64,000 nt of DNA from Eledone cirrhosa (GCA_964016885.1 OZ024741.1:155434001-155498000), one strand, 5' to 3'; counted from the first letter of the stretch, positions 15,411 to 27,958 are shown. Program-made: numbers and translations. Notes: generated by a model not told the origin, from the sequence alone.

Positions 15411-15568
15411 GGCAGCGAATTGGCAAAGTCGTTAGAACGTCGGGTAGAATGCTTTATGGTATTCGTCCCGGCTCTCTGGTATCTGAGTTCAAATCCCGCC
15501 GAGATCAACTTTGCCTTTCATCCTTTCAAGGTCGATAAAAAAGTACCAGTCTAGTACTGGGGTGGATT
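15411..15568 (+). mobile_element. tRNA-derived SINE family B
   Basis: B-box GAGTTCAAATCCC followed by CTTTGCCTTTCATCCT...GGTCGATAAAA..AGTACCAG (Meta/MESC-like domain). Confidence 0.75.
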
Positions 15569-15879
15569 CTTCCTCTATATCTCTTTCTCATTTCCTCTCT
15601 TTTACTTTCTTTTTTTTCTGGATGAAATCTGCTCTATTCAGGCTTAAAATGCCCAAGAAACGCCGTATGTCAATGCGGATCCCCTATGGCTCTATTAGGA
15701 GTCACGGGGCCATACATACATACATACATACATACACATACATAGATACACACTCGAGCATAGAAACACATAGATACATACACACACATATATATGCGTG
15801 TGTATGAGCAAATGATGTCATTTATCATAGCCTCAGGTTGACCAATTTCTTGTGAGTGAAACTGAGGAGAAGGAAAGTA

Positions 15880-16350
15880 ATTATGTCACGCTGAATCTCC
15901 CTGACAATTACATTAAGGCTACTCATATCTGTAGAATGCTCAACCACATACATCCTAATTTCATGAGCTGGTTGTTTCGTTGATCGAACAACCGGAACAC
16001 TCATCGTCGAAACCGAGGGATGTCCATCTATGATTTAATATAATGTTCAATGTTCTCTCTATACTTCATCTGGTAAAGCGCATGGCTTGATGTTTATGGT
16101 ATTTGACTCACGATCCTAAGATCATGAGTTCGATTCCCAGACCTGGCAGATCGTGGCTTGTTAGTTCGGGTATTCAGCTCAGTGCATTGTGTTCTCGAGC
16201 AAGATAGTTTGTTTCACGTTTCTTCAGTCCACTCAAATGGCAAAAATTAGTTGTACCTACCCTGCTTAATCTCGCAGAACTATGTTGAAGGTACTCGCTA
16301 AATTCACAAGCAAGGTGTTTGTTGATGAACTGGAACACACGTTGTTGGAA
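15880..16350 (+). mobile_element. Degenerate CORE-type SINE(s)
   Basis: B-box GAGTTCGATTCCC; TGTGTTCTCGAGCAAGA...CAGTCCACTCAAATGGCAAAAAT. Confidence 0.55.
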
Positions 16351-16389
16351 CAGATAGAGGTCTTCCCATATACATACTCATATATACAT

Positions 16390-16620
16390 ATTGTTTTACT
16401 CTGAGTGGGTCATCCTATCCTCCAAACCCACAAAAATCACAAGCACCAGTTAAGTTTCACTTCAGTTTTTATTATTTATTAATCAGGTAACTAATCCACT
16501 TCTTGGTTGGTTTAGTAATTAAATAGTTTTTTAATTGTCAAAGTTCTTTCGTCGCACATTAGGTCACCTTCTCAATGATGTTTTTGACCATCTATTTCTC
16601 CACATTGTTTTAATTTTCTT
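16390..16620 (-). mobile_element. Old solo pseudo-LTR of the 21-24 kb PLE family
   Basis: CACCAGTT..TTTCACTTCA, TTGGTTGG and CTTTCGTCGCACA...GTCACCT resemble 21241-21460. Confidence 0.5.
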
Positions 16621-16839
16621 TTATTTACTTCATTTTGACTACCTGACTGATAACACTGGGCAAAAGAAAAACTTGTCTGGTGCCTGGAATATTTCAACGA
16701 ATTCGTAAGTAATTTTGCCTGCTGAATTCAAAAATAACTTCAGTTTTTTCTATCAGGTTTAGTTTTCTGACTAGACTTAATAGAGTAAGTATTTTATTCA
16801 TACAAAAGGCATATAATATGAATCAATAAAGAGAGCGTA

Positions 16840-17200
16840 ACACAAAACAAAACAAAGTACAAATAAAATTTCAAAATTGGAATCATATGATTCCAGTTCC
16901 TCAGTGAAATAACAACCCAACCAGAAACTGGGCATATGAGAGTACTGACAAAGTTATACACCTCAACAACATGTGTACTCGTCTCTACCACACTAATTCG
17001 GATTGCCTGAAGAGGTCACAGCCAAAGATGGCTGTCACCGAAATATATATAGCAGTAATAAACGAAGCCAAATTTTAAACATTTGACTTATTTATTTTAT
17101 TTTATTTTACATTACTCCGGAGTAACCAAACCAACCTGCGCACTTCGTCGAGTGCTCCAATCTGCATACTAGGTGTTGGTATACAACCAACATATACTAA
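16840..17200 (+). mobile_element. HHR-bearing pseudo-LTR, family F
   Basis: Reverse complement matches 20865-21098; the tail GTGTTGGTATACAACCAACATATACT is shared with 21101-21126. Confidence 0.8.
17002..17056 (+). ncRNA. Type I hammerhead ribozyme (family F)
   Basis: ATTGC CTGAAGA GGT-C-ACAGCCA-AAGA-TGGCTGT-C-ACC GAAA TATATA TA|GCAGT; canonical core, palindromic helix III. Confidence 0.9.
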
Positions 17201-17205
17201 AAAAA

Positions 17206-17297
<92 letters not shown>

Positions 17298-17300
<3 letters not shown>

Positions 17301-17523
17301 AGGGCGGGTAAAATTCCCGAGATCCATGGACGAGTTCTCTCCAGCGGTTTCTGTCCCTCATTATCGCTGCCATGTCCTACGTCTCGAACAGCCCAGTGTC
17401 TGTCCTTAGGGCATCAACGAGGATGAAAAACTCAGAGCTGTATGGGAGCCTCCCAAGAGTCAGCTCAAAAGTGACACAGAGGAGACTGAGGTTAGCTGGA
17501 CATGCTCACCGACATCAAGAGTT

Positions 17524-17527
<4 letters not shown>
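17298..17527. mobile_element. RTE-like LINE 3' end with a 5' inversion
   Basis: 17298-17410(-) reads ...MAAIMRDRNRWRELVHGSREFYPP*; 17410-17527(+) reads MKNSELYGSLPRVSSKVTQRRLRLAGH; a shorter copy lies at 18298-18372. Confidence 0.7.
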
Positions 17528-17578
<51 letters not shown>

Positions 17579-18059
17579 GTACCTAATATCTTAAATCTTT
17601 AAGCTCTGTGTATATATATCATATTGTCCACTTCAAATGTTAAGAAGATATATTTTAAAAACCTAAACTATTCGATTAAATATTTATATGAATTTTTTCC
17701 CGGTTCTCTGTTTGAATTGCAACTTTCACATCTTCAAACCTAATTTCTGAACCATTTCAGACTACTAAATCAATTATCTTTCTCTCAGAATTAAAGAATT
17801 ACAATTTCCCATGTAATTCTTTTATACTAAATCTAATTCTTTTCTGTATCCAACTGTCTTTAGACAACAGAAGATTTTATATTCTATATTCTATTCATGC
17901 TGTTACCACAGATTCAAACTTATAAGTTCTAAAATTAGAACCATCAAATGAAAGGTGATTAAAATCATTATCTGTTATATTAAAGCTTTAAAGCTGGTGA
18001 ATATTTCGTGCAAAACGTCGGTTACACCGGAAAGGAAATGGAATGCGCGCGCGTATGTG

Positions 18060-18120
<61 letters not shown>

Positions 18121-18139
18121 TAGAGAGAGAGGGAGATAG

Positions 18140-18173
<34 letters not shown>

Positions 18174-18250
18174 AGCGGTGGTGATGGTAGCGCTAACGTC
18201 AAGAGATATATTTTTTATAAATCGAAAACGATTATATTATTTGTGTATGT

Positions 18251-18301
<51 letters not shown>

Positions 18302-18451
18302 CGAGTAAAATTCCCGAGATCCATGGACGAGTTCTCTCCAGCGGGCTCTGTCCCTCATTATCCTGCGTCTCCAATATATATACATATATATATATATATA
18401 TAAATAAAATAACTGGAGGCTGGACTGGTGTAAATCCTTGAAAGGTTTATT

Positions 18452-18509
18452 ATACTATGATCATTTCAATGACCGGGTTCCATATGAATCCGGTGATATC
18501 ATCAGGTAT
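18452..18509 (-). ncRNA. Minimal type I hammerhead ribozyme (family E)
   Basis: auac CUGAUGA uau-c-accgg...ccggu-c-auu GAAA ugauca UA|guau; palindromic helix III AUGAUCAU. Confidence 0.85.
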
Positions 18510-19505
18510 TCGAAATATAACAAAGGAATATGTAAAAACCATGCGTCCGAAAAATCAGAGACAGAGAGGACGACTGACAAACTAGCTGCTTTCACCTCGG
18601 CCAGTTGTCCTCAAAGTAATGGCTACTCACTCTGCTAATGACCATCTGGTGAGGGGGCGTAGGCTTATAATGTACTACCACCTCTCCGTCAAAGAATAAA
18701 AAAGGAGAAGAAAGAAAGAAAGAAAGAAGAAAAAAGAAAGAATCAGCGTAAGGGTCACACTACAGTCATGCTAGAAAACGCCGCGAAAAATGGAATTCCA
18801 AAGAATCTATATTTTAACAAAGGCATATATAATGGGTGTCTGTATGGTCTAATGTGTGAACAGAAAATTGGAACGTTAAACTTATGTTACGAGTTATAGG
18901 ATGAAGTTAAATTAAAAAATAATAAGTTGAAAAATAAATTAAAAAAAAAGTTAAAAAATTATTAGAAAATTAAAGGTTAAGGTAGCGAGATTTATTTAAT
19001 GAACTTACAGAGAGAGTCTTATATAAAAAAGTTAATCTCGATAAGATATTAGGGTGGGATATAGAGTAAAGATTAAAGCCTTCGATTGTGAATCCCAGCC
19101 AGCACCTCCTAACCAGGTGTCAGCCAGTTTCGAGTGGTATCGTCCAGCGAAAGAAATGGAAATTAATTATTTCGAGTACTCTAGGAACGTAGCTACCTTA
19201 GGCCCCGGGTGTGCTAGCGGGAAGTCTACAATTTCGACAGACGTTTTCTAGCATGACTGTAGTGTGACCCTTACGCTGACTTCTTTCTTTTTTCTTCTTT
19301 CTTTCTTCCCCTTTTTTATTCCTTGACGGAAAGGTGGTAGTACATTATAAGCCTTCGCCCCCTCACCAGATGGTCATTAGCAGAGCGAGTAGCCATCACT
19401 TTGAGGGCGTCTGGTCGAGGTGAAAGCAGCTAGTTGGTCAGTCATCCTCTCTGTCTCTGATTTTTCGGACCCATGGTTTTTACATATTCCTTTGTTATAT
19501 TTCGA

Positions 19506-19563
19506 ATACCTGATGATATCACCGGATTCATATGGAACAGGGTCATTGAAATGATCATAGTAT
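19506..19563 (+). ncRNA. Minimal type I hammerhead ribozyme (family E)
   Basis: ATAC CTGATGA TATCACCGG...GGGTCATT GAAA TGATCA TA GTAT. Confidence 0.8.
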
Positions 19564-19755
19564 AATAAACCTTTCAAGGATTTACACCAGTCCAGCCTCC
19601 AGTTATTTTATTTATAATTAACTCCGTATTCGCACCACCAACTACACAAACGAAGACGGGTGAACTGCACTACGTTGAGTACTCCCCACAATATTACACC
19701 AAGATTGATCATACGGAATGACCAATTCTATCCAGTGGTGAACCAACAAACCTAA

Positions 19756-19804
<49 letters not shown>

Positions 19805-19810
<6 letters not shown>

Positions 19811-20855
19811 TGAAAAGTGGCGTGCTGCATTGTGGCGAATATGAACATATGAATAAAAATAGACCAAGAAACAAGAATGTCCTTCATCAGTAGTCTGCTG
19901 ATTATCATTGGTATTTCTCCGCATTAAAGACTAGATACCTAAAATCAGTGCGAGCGATAACTAAATTAAGTTATCGGGACAGAGGAAAACAGAGGAAAGG
20001 AAACAAACAACATGGTAGTAATGCAACTTAAAGAGAGGAAGAGAGAGACAAGTCAATAAATCTTGTGGGCTTAAGTTCGACAAATCAAAATGACGAGAAG
20101 AAATAGACGCGTCCGAGCCACGAGAAGATTGAGAGAGGAAAGAAATTCAAGCAGGTCAGACGGGAAGAAGTGAGAGAGAAGGAGTAGCAGAGAGTGAATG
20201 AGTGAAAGTGCGAGGAAGGGGCCAGCCGATAGTGAATGTGAAGAAATACCAACGATAATCAGCAGACTACTGATGGAGGACATTCTTGTTTCTTGGTCTA
20301 TTTTTATTCATGTATTCATATTCGCAACAACGCAGCACGCCATTTTTCATTCACATATATTTTTTCTGTCACCTTACTGCTATCCCCTTCTTCTCTCTCC
20401 CCCTTCTCTCTCCTTCACCTCTTGCTTTCCTCCACTCCCGCTGCTGGTCACTCACTATCGGCTGGCCCCTTCCTCACACTTTCACTCATTCACTTTTTGC
20501 TACTCCTCCTTTCTCACTTCCTCCCGTCTGACCTGAATTTCCCGTCTGACCTTGAATTTCTTTCCTCTCTCAATCTTCTCGTGGTTCGGATACGTCTATT
20601 TCTTCTCGTCATTTTGATTTGTCGGACTTAAGCCCATAAGTTTCATTGACTTGTCTCTCCTTTCCTCTCATTACGTTTCATTACTACCATGTTGTTTGTT
20701 TCCTTTCCTCTGTTTTCCTCTGTCCCGATAACTTAATTTAGTTATCGCTCGCACTGATTTTAGGTATCTAGTCTTTAATGCGAAACAATACCAACGATAA
20801 TCAGCAGACTACTGATGAAGGACATTCTTGTTTCTTGGTCTATATTTATTCATAT
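19805..20855. mobile_element. Non-coding element family G (monomer about 510-540 nt), inverted arms
   Basis: 19805-20238 is inverted relative to 20245-20855; the right arm is terminally redundant (20247 recurs near 20787); same family as 30245-30840. Confidence 0.8.
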
Positions 20856-20864
20856 ATATATATA

Positions 20865-21135
20865 TAAAATAAAATAAAATAAAATAAAATAAATAAGTCA
20901 AATTTTTAAAATTTAGCTTCGTTTATTACTGCTATATATATTTCGGTGACACCCATCTTTGGCTGTGACCTCTTCAGGCAGTCCGAATTAGTGTGATATA
21001 GACAAGTACATATGTTGTTGAGGTGTATAACCTTTTCAATACTCTGATATGCCTAGTTCCTGGTTGGGTTGCTAATTCACTGAGGAACTGGAATCATATC
21101 GTGTTGGTATACAACCAACATATACTCAAAATCTA
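20865..21135. mobile_element. Family F insertion (antisense arm plus short sense tail)
   Basis: Reverse complement of about 16885-17109 joined to the family F 3' tail. Confidence 0.8.
20928..20982 (-). ncRNA. Type I hammerhead ribozyme (family F)
   Basis: acugc CUGAAGA ggucacagcca...gucacc GAAA uauaua UA|gcagu; perfect 5-bp stem I. Confidence 0.85.
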
Positions 21136-21143
21136 TATAAATC

Positions 21144-21246
<103 letters not shown>

Positions 21247-21414
21247 ATACTTTGGGAGGGTCATGTTGCCAATAAGAAACACACGCACCAGTTGCTTTCA
21301 CTTCAATTTATTATATATTTATAAATCTATAAATTTACAAATTTACAAATTTACAAACCTATAAATTTCTGGTTGGTTGGTTGGTTCCACAACCAGATAG
21401 TTGTTTATATATAT

Positions 21415-21459
21415 AGTCATAGTCCTTTCGTCACACACTCTGTGACCTCTTCAGTGACT
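21415..21459 (-). ncRNA. Minimal type I hammerhead ribozyme in the PLE 3' pseudo-LTR
   Basis: aguca CUGAAGA g-gucac...gugac GAAA gga CUA|ugacu; same strand as the ORF. Confidence 0.8.
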
Positions 21460-21766
21460 GGAGATTCCTTTCTTCGTTTCTGTGCCTTTCCTTTCTTCTA
21501 TCCTACGCCATTTTGTTTCTGTGTGTGTGTTGTGTGCTCAGTTTGCGCATGCGCCACATCCGGGTGTCTGTGTGTGTTTGTGTTCATTTTTCTATTTTTC
21601 TATTTATATTTTTCTATTTGTTTATTTATTTATTTATTTATTGTTGGTTGGTTGTTTGTTCTATGTGTGTGTCTGTTTTCATTTTGTCCTGTGTGTGTTT
21701 TCATTTTGTGTGTGTTTTCAATTGTAAGTTGTTTGTTCTATGTGTGTGTGTGTTTTCATTTTGTCC

Positions 21767-23092
21767 TTAATTGTAAGTTGTGATGTTGCTGTTCCACTCA
21801 TATTTTCTATTTAATTTTGGTTTTAATTCTTTTATGCTTACTGCCTCTGTAATTTGCCTAAACATTGCGTCTTTTCTGTGTGTGGATTCTATTTTTATTT
21901 CTATGCTCTCTAATCTACCCCTGTGTTCTATCTTAGCATGTTGGTAGAGCACAGATGATTCTTTATTATCTTGGAGGTCTCGCCAGTGTTCATTTATTCG
22001 TTCCCCTATACTACGAGCTGTCTCACCTATGTACACTATATTTTTGTTTCTACATTGTCCTTCAGTACATCTTATGCTATACACTACATTTCTAGTTTTA
22101 CAGTTAATATGGGGGCTTATTTTACAGGTTATACATTTCTTATCTATACATGAGGGTCTTTGGAACGGGTATGTCTTGCTAATAAGTGTTTTTACGGAGG
22201 TACCAGGTCTTTCTATCTTAATATTGAGATTATGTTTATTTAGGGCCCTTCTAAATTTGTAGGCTAGTTCGCCTCTAGGGCTTGTATTGATGAACATTAC
22301 ACTCTGGTATTTATTGCTATCATACCATGAGTTTATTCTATTGGCCTTGTTTCTAGTTCTTTCTATTCTATTCCAAAATTTGCTCCTATACAAGGGGCAG
22401 GTCCCATTTATGTCATTATTTACCATTTTTTCCCATTTGGTTCTGGCTCCTTTATACACTCTGATTCTATCTCTCTGATTGTAGCCAGAGAACTGCATAC
22501 GGTGGATGAAGTGTTGTATGTGTCTCTCTAGTTCTTCGGGGTTGCACATGCGGGACACATTTCTCATCACCCGTACCAAATCCGCAATCAGTATGTTGAT
22601 TTTGGTATGGTCCGAAATGGCCGAGTTTCGGTGGATCAGATGTTTGGAAGTCATGGGTTTGGCATAATGGGAATGGAGGATTTGTTTTTGGTTGTTAATG
22701 GTATCTAACCAGAGCTCTGTGTCTAGTACAGGTAATCGATGGTTAGGGTGTCTACTTGGGTAGTCTATAGTAACTCTAATGCTCTGGTGGATGGAGTTTG
22801 CTATTTGCTGGATGCTTTCCATTGTGTTTTTCTCTAGTTCCTGACTGTTCTTTAGTGGGGGTGTCTTAACTACGATGTTTATATCATCTACGTAGCGGGA
22901 GTACATTATCAGGGTTAAGCTGTCTTCTAATTGTTCATTAAGTTTTTGTTTAAATCTACTGTCCCACCATACCATGAATAAGTTAGCTATGTCGCCTGCA
23001 ATGCTAACACCAATGGCTGCTCCTTCCTCTTGGGCATATGTTTTTTACCATTAAATTTGAACATATGTTCCTTAAGGGTTACTTTTATGCTG
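21767..23092 (-). CDS. PLE reverse transcriptase (C-terminal half) plus Zn-linker and GIY-YIG endonuclease; 5'-truncated, frameshift near 23045
   Basis: YAQEEGAAIG..., YSRYVDDI, LPVLDT, HYAKP, C-x4-C-x2-C-x7-C linker, NVVY...VYIGETARSIGERINEH, EAVSIK...LNRKYE. Confidence 0.9.
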
Positions 23093-23603
23093 GGAGCTGG
23101 GACTTCTACTTAAGCTTACCCATAGTAATAGTTACCTAGACACTTATGACCTTAGCAACCTGTGCCCTACAAGACCAGCAAGAGGCAGACGACCTACCAT
23201 TACCTCAATGGCCAAGAAAACCCACACAGATAGATGGAACGGGTGGACCAGAGCCATACGGACACCCGAAAACCACGATGAACTGAAGAAAATGATTGCA
23301 CATGCGGTAGGGGCCAGCATAAAATTAACCCTTAAGGAACATTGAAAACACACACAAAATGAAAACACACACAGGACAAAATGAAAACAGACACACACAT
23401 AGAACAAACAACCAACCAACAATAAATAAATAAATAAATAAACAAATAGAAAAATATAAATAGAAAAATAGAAAAATGAACACAAACACACACAGACACC
23501 CGGATGTGGCGCATGCGCAAACTGAGCACACAACACACACACAGAAACAAAATGGCGTAGGATAGAAGAAAGGAAAGGCACAGAAACGAAGAAAGGAATC
23601 CCC

Positions 23604-23648
23604 AGTCACTGAAGAGGTCACAGAGTGTGTGACGAAAGGACTATGACT
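23604..23648 (+). ncRNA. Minimal type I hammerhead ribozyme in the inverted pseudo-LTR
   Basis: AGTCA CTGAAGA GGTCACAGAGTGTGTGAC GAAA GGA CTA TGACT. Confidence 0.8.
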
Positions 23649-23878
23649 ATATATATAAACAACTATCTGGTTGTGGAACCAACCAACCAACCAGAAATTT
23701 ATAGGTTTGTAAATTTGTAAATTTGTAAATTTATAGATTTATAAATATATAATAAATTGAAGTGAAAGCAACTGGTGCGTGTGTTTCTTATTGGCAACAT
23801 GACCCTCCCAAAGTATAACAATATCGGTTTCAACACACGATTTCAGATAAAGAATCTTGCTAAACAAATTCAGAAACG

Positions 23879-23921
<43 letters not shown>

Positions 23922-23929
23922 TTATAAGA

Positions 23930-24403
23930 ACAGATTAAAGTTTAAGCAAAGAATCGGTGCTTTCACCGTTAACGAGATCTGAAACTAAAAAAAAAAATCA
24001 ATCTGTGGACGCAGAAGTAAATTTTTCCAAAAACGTTGCAACCGAAGGAAAATAGACGATACTTTGGTTCGTGAAGACGTTCCCTGGCAATGAATGGGTA
24101 ATAGCGAAGATACTACGTTACCAAATAAGAATAATGTTTGCCATAATGTCGTAATGCAGACAACCAGACATACAGACAAATATTATAAGGGCGCGACGGA
24201 GATCGATAACCGGCGCCTAACACCCCTTTAACAACAGAAAATTGAAAATTAAAAGCTGCAGCTAATATCTTTAGACCGCAAAGAATATATAAATGGAAGT
24301 TTAAAGTCAGTCGGAGTAGAAATGTGATTTGTTTAGACTTTGCAAAACTTAGGACACACACACACACACAGAGACAATTTCAATTTTATATATATGTATA
24401 GAT
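23930..24403 (-). mobile_element. Possible non-autonomous Helitron-like element (5' part)
   Basis: Minus strand begins ATCTATACATATATATAAAATTG..TGTCT(GT)n, resembling Helitron 5' ends; no CTAG 3' end seen. Confidence 0.35.
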
Positions 24404-24407
24404 AATA

Positions 24408-24812
24408 ACAATTGTTTTTACTTTAGGCACAAGGCCAGCAATTTGAAGGGATGCGAAAATCGCTTAAATCGGCTCCAGTACTTACTTTATTTTATCGACC
24501 CAGTAGTCATGAAAGGCAAATCTAACCTCGGCGAGATTTGAACTCAGAACTCAGAATGCAAAGGGTCGTAACTCTCTGTCGCGAAGCAGGGTGTCTGATG
24601 CTTTACTAATACAGCCAATCCAAATAATAATATAAGAGTGAGACTTTCCTATTTTAGTCTGTCTGACTTATACTCACCTAAAATCTCTCTGAGTGATATC
24701 TTAACTGTATATAGGCCAATAATTTTGGGCGAGAGAAAAGTCGATTAAATCAACCCCAGTACGTTACTAGTGCTTTATTTTATCGATTGCGCAAGGATGA
24801 AAGACAAATCTA
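24408..24812 (-). mobile_element. SINE family B, one full and one partial copy
   Basis: TTTATTTTATCGA...GAAAGGCAAA...CTCGGCGAGATTTGAACTCAG. Confidence 0.7.
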
Positions 24813-26321
24813 ATAATGATAATGACAATAATATAGGCTAAAAATAACAAATTTAGCTCACAAAATCAAGTCTAAATTGTGGATGGTCGTATTCCGAACA
24901 ACGTGATGGTGAAGAGAACTTGCTTGTACACAATATCACAGAAGGAGGGGCGATTTGGTGTAGATTAATGAAAGCGCCAGAAAACACTTTAATCCGATTA
25001 TTAAGTGTTAAAGCGTTGATACTTGAAATGTATAGAAGAATTAGAGTATTACTGATAAAATTGAGCAGGTTTGAAAGTCATGGTGATTCTCTTATCTTTC
25101 AAATCTTTTCGCGTTTTCTCTTTCCATTTCCTCCTCTTTACATTTCTATACTTCTATCTCCCAAGCTGTAACATACCCCAACACATATGTGGTGATTAAG
25201 AAATTTAAGATATTTTATTAGTATTTCAACAAAAGAAAATATATAACGAGGATTGACAAAAATTTCATTTAAGTAGCATTTTAGTTTATAGGTATACATC
25301 TATATAGTGAAATCTAAGCAGTAGATCGATTAATGTACATTAACACCCAATTTCATATCCCATGTATCTCCAGAGACATTATAATGCACAAAGATGAATG
25401 AGTTGGAGATCGGGAGAAAACTATCCGAGCTTCGCACCAACTTTATAACTGAAAACACATTTAAAATTATTATACCAAGTTAGGAGAGGCAAAGTTTAAT
25501 TCATTTCGAAAGCATAGTGGTTTGTTAACATATCGTGTAGTAACGAGATGAAAAGAAAGTGATGTAAGAAAGTTGAGCGGTTAAAGATAAATAACCGTGT
25601 AATTCTAAAAATAATTAATTAGATATGTATTTAATTTTTTCTATACAAGACGTATATGTGTTTAAGTATTAATTTGTCATTTGTATCTGTTAAGATTTCA
25701 GTCAATTAAGTTATAATAGGGATCACTGAAAATAATACTTCTTATGTATATTATGATAATTGTAAAGTAGTATTATATTTTATCTATAAGAATAATAAAC
25801 TTAGAATAAGAACAAATATTTCTCGGTGCACACACACACACGCACACTGACAGACACAGACACACAGACACACATACACACATACACACACATATACACA
25901 CAGACACACACTCACATATATTTATATATACATATAATATAGATATATATGAATATAATAATACATTTCAAATTACAAACTAATGACAATGAAATAAAGT
26001 TAGGATATGTTATGTTTACATAATTGTATTTATTACATTATACGTATTTCAATAACAAGGTGGGTAGTTATTATGTAATAGTTATATCAGTAACTGGCAC
26101 CGATATGACATCATCATCATCATCAACATCAGACATTGCAATTATGTGAAGTGATTACGTTGGTATGTTGATATGTCGCAAGCAAAATAGTTCCATCCTG
26201 GTGTAAATCCAGCAAACATATGACATACCAAATCTAGTTTCTCCTTAGTGTTTGTGTAGTAGAAGTATCTATTTTCTGATTGGTGGAGTTTACAGACTCT
26301 AAGATATGTTCATTAATTTTA

Positions 26322-26506
26322 GGTGGATTGGCAGTATCGGTAGAGGGTCGGACGCCATGCTTTCCAGCATAGTTACGTCCCTTTACGATCTGAGTTCAAA
26401 TCCCGCCGAGGTTGACTTTGCCTTTCATCCTTACGGGGTCGATAAAATAAAGTACCAGTAATGCACTGGGTAATTGCTGGCCTTGTGCCTAAAGTAGAAA
26501 CAATTA
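26322..26506 (+). mobile_element. SINE family B, full length
   Basis: A-box-like TGGCAGTATCGG, B-box GAGTTCAAATCC, Meta-like body, ends CCTAAAGTAGAAACAATTA. Confidence 0.85.
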
Positions 26507-26786
26507 ATTTTAGTGTTGACGGCTAACGTGTGTGGTTTATCTCAGTTGCCACATGGTCATTGTTGCCGATTGTAAAATATAAAATTATTACTCCTTATTA
26601 TAGTGTTGCGTTCATTCTTCTAGTTAAGTATTGTCTGTTGTCGCTAATAGGATAACTATTGTTCATTTTTATTTACAGGCTATAGATATCTCTGTCTCGT
26701 CGCTGCCATGATAACAGCAGCAGCAACAACAAACATCATCAACAACAGCAATATCACCCGCGTTGGTGGTTACATTGATGATGGTA

Positions 26787-26818
<32 letters not shown>

Positions 26819-26837
26819 AATGATGATGGTGATAGTA

Positions 26838-27455
26838 ATAATTGTTTCTACTTTAGGCACAAGGCCAGCAATTACTTAGTGCATTACTGGTACTTTATTT
26901 TATCGACCTCGTAAGGATGAAAGGCAAAGTTAACCTCGGCGGGATTTGAACTCAGATCGTAAAGGGACGTAACTATGCTGGAAAGCATGGCGTCCGACCC
27001 TCTACCGATACTGCCAATCCACCGTGATAGTAATAATTGTTTCTACTTTAGGCACAAGGCCAGCAATAACCCAGTGCATTACTGGTACTTTATTTTATCG
27101 ACCCCATAAGGATGAAAGGCAAAGTCAACCTCAGCGGGATATAGTAATAATTGTTTCTACTTTAGGCACAAGGCCAGCAATTATCCAGTGCATTACTGGT
27201 ACTTTATTTTATCGACCCCGTAAGTATGAAAGGCAAAGTCAACCTCGGCAGGATAATGGTTTCTTATATAGGCACAAGGCCAACAAGTTTGGGGAGAGGG
27301 GAAAGTCGATTAAATCGACCCCAGTGCGTGACTGGTACTTTATTTTATCGACCCCGTAAGGATGAAAGGCAAAGTTAACCTCGGCGGGATTTGAACTCAG
27401 AATGCAAAGGGCCATAACTCTACTCTGCAAAGCATGGCGTTCGACCCTCTACCGA
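26838..27455 (-). mobile_element. Head-to-tail array of four family B SINEs
   Basis: Units at about 26838-27023, 27030-27140, 27146-27250 and 27253-27455. Confidence 0.85.
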
Positions 27456-27854
27456 TGATAGTAATAATGATAATACAGAATAGATGGATTTGTAAATGAA
27501 ATGAATAGTGCAAAATTATAGTATCACTTATGTTTACTCAGCTCTTTGACGTTGACAAATTATCAGCAACAATAGAGAGGAGGAAGAGGAAAACAAAGGA
27601 GAAAAAAGAAAGAAGAATAAAAGTAAACAAATAAATGGCAATAAAGTAAGGGAAAAGGAAAAAGTAAATTAGTAAAATAAGATATGAAAAACAATATTAT
27701 GTATAATAAAATTAAAGTTAAAAATTAATAAAATAATGAAAGATAAGACATGAATATATATATGTATACATATATATGTGTGTGTATATATATGTGTGTG
27801 TATATATATATGTGTGTATATATATATGTGTGTGTATGTATATATGTGTGTATA

Positions 27855-27918
<64 letters not shown>

Positions 27919-27925
27919 GACACAC

Positions 27926-27958
<33 letters not shown>

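Larger units (their letters stand above)
18400..19756. mobile_element. HHR element family E, inverted arms around an AT-rich spacer
   Basis: 18400-18780 is the reverse complement of 19242-19615; the right arm has an extra tail of about 140 nt; flanked by (TA)n. Confidence 0.85.

Noticed and set aside
15411-15500. A/B-box sequences as tRNA genes
   Set aside because: They are SINE heads followed by SINE bodies; no cloverleaf.
26838-27455. CRISPR-like repeat array
   Set aside because: Units are truncated SINEs without unique spacers; eukaryotic context and no cas genes.
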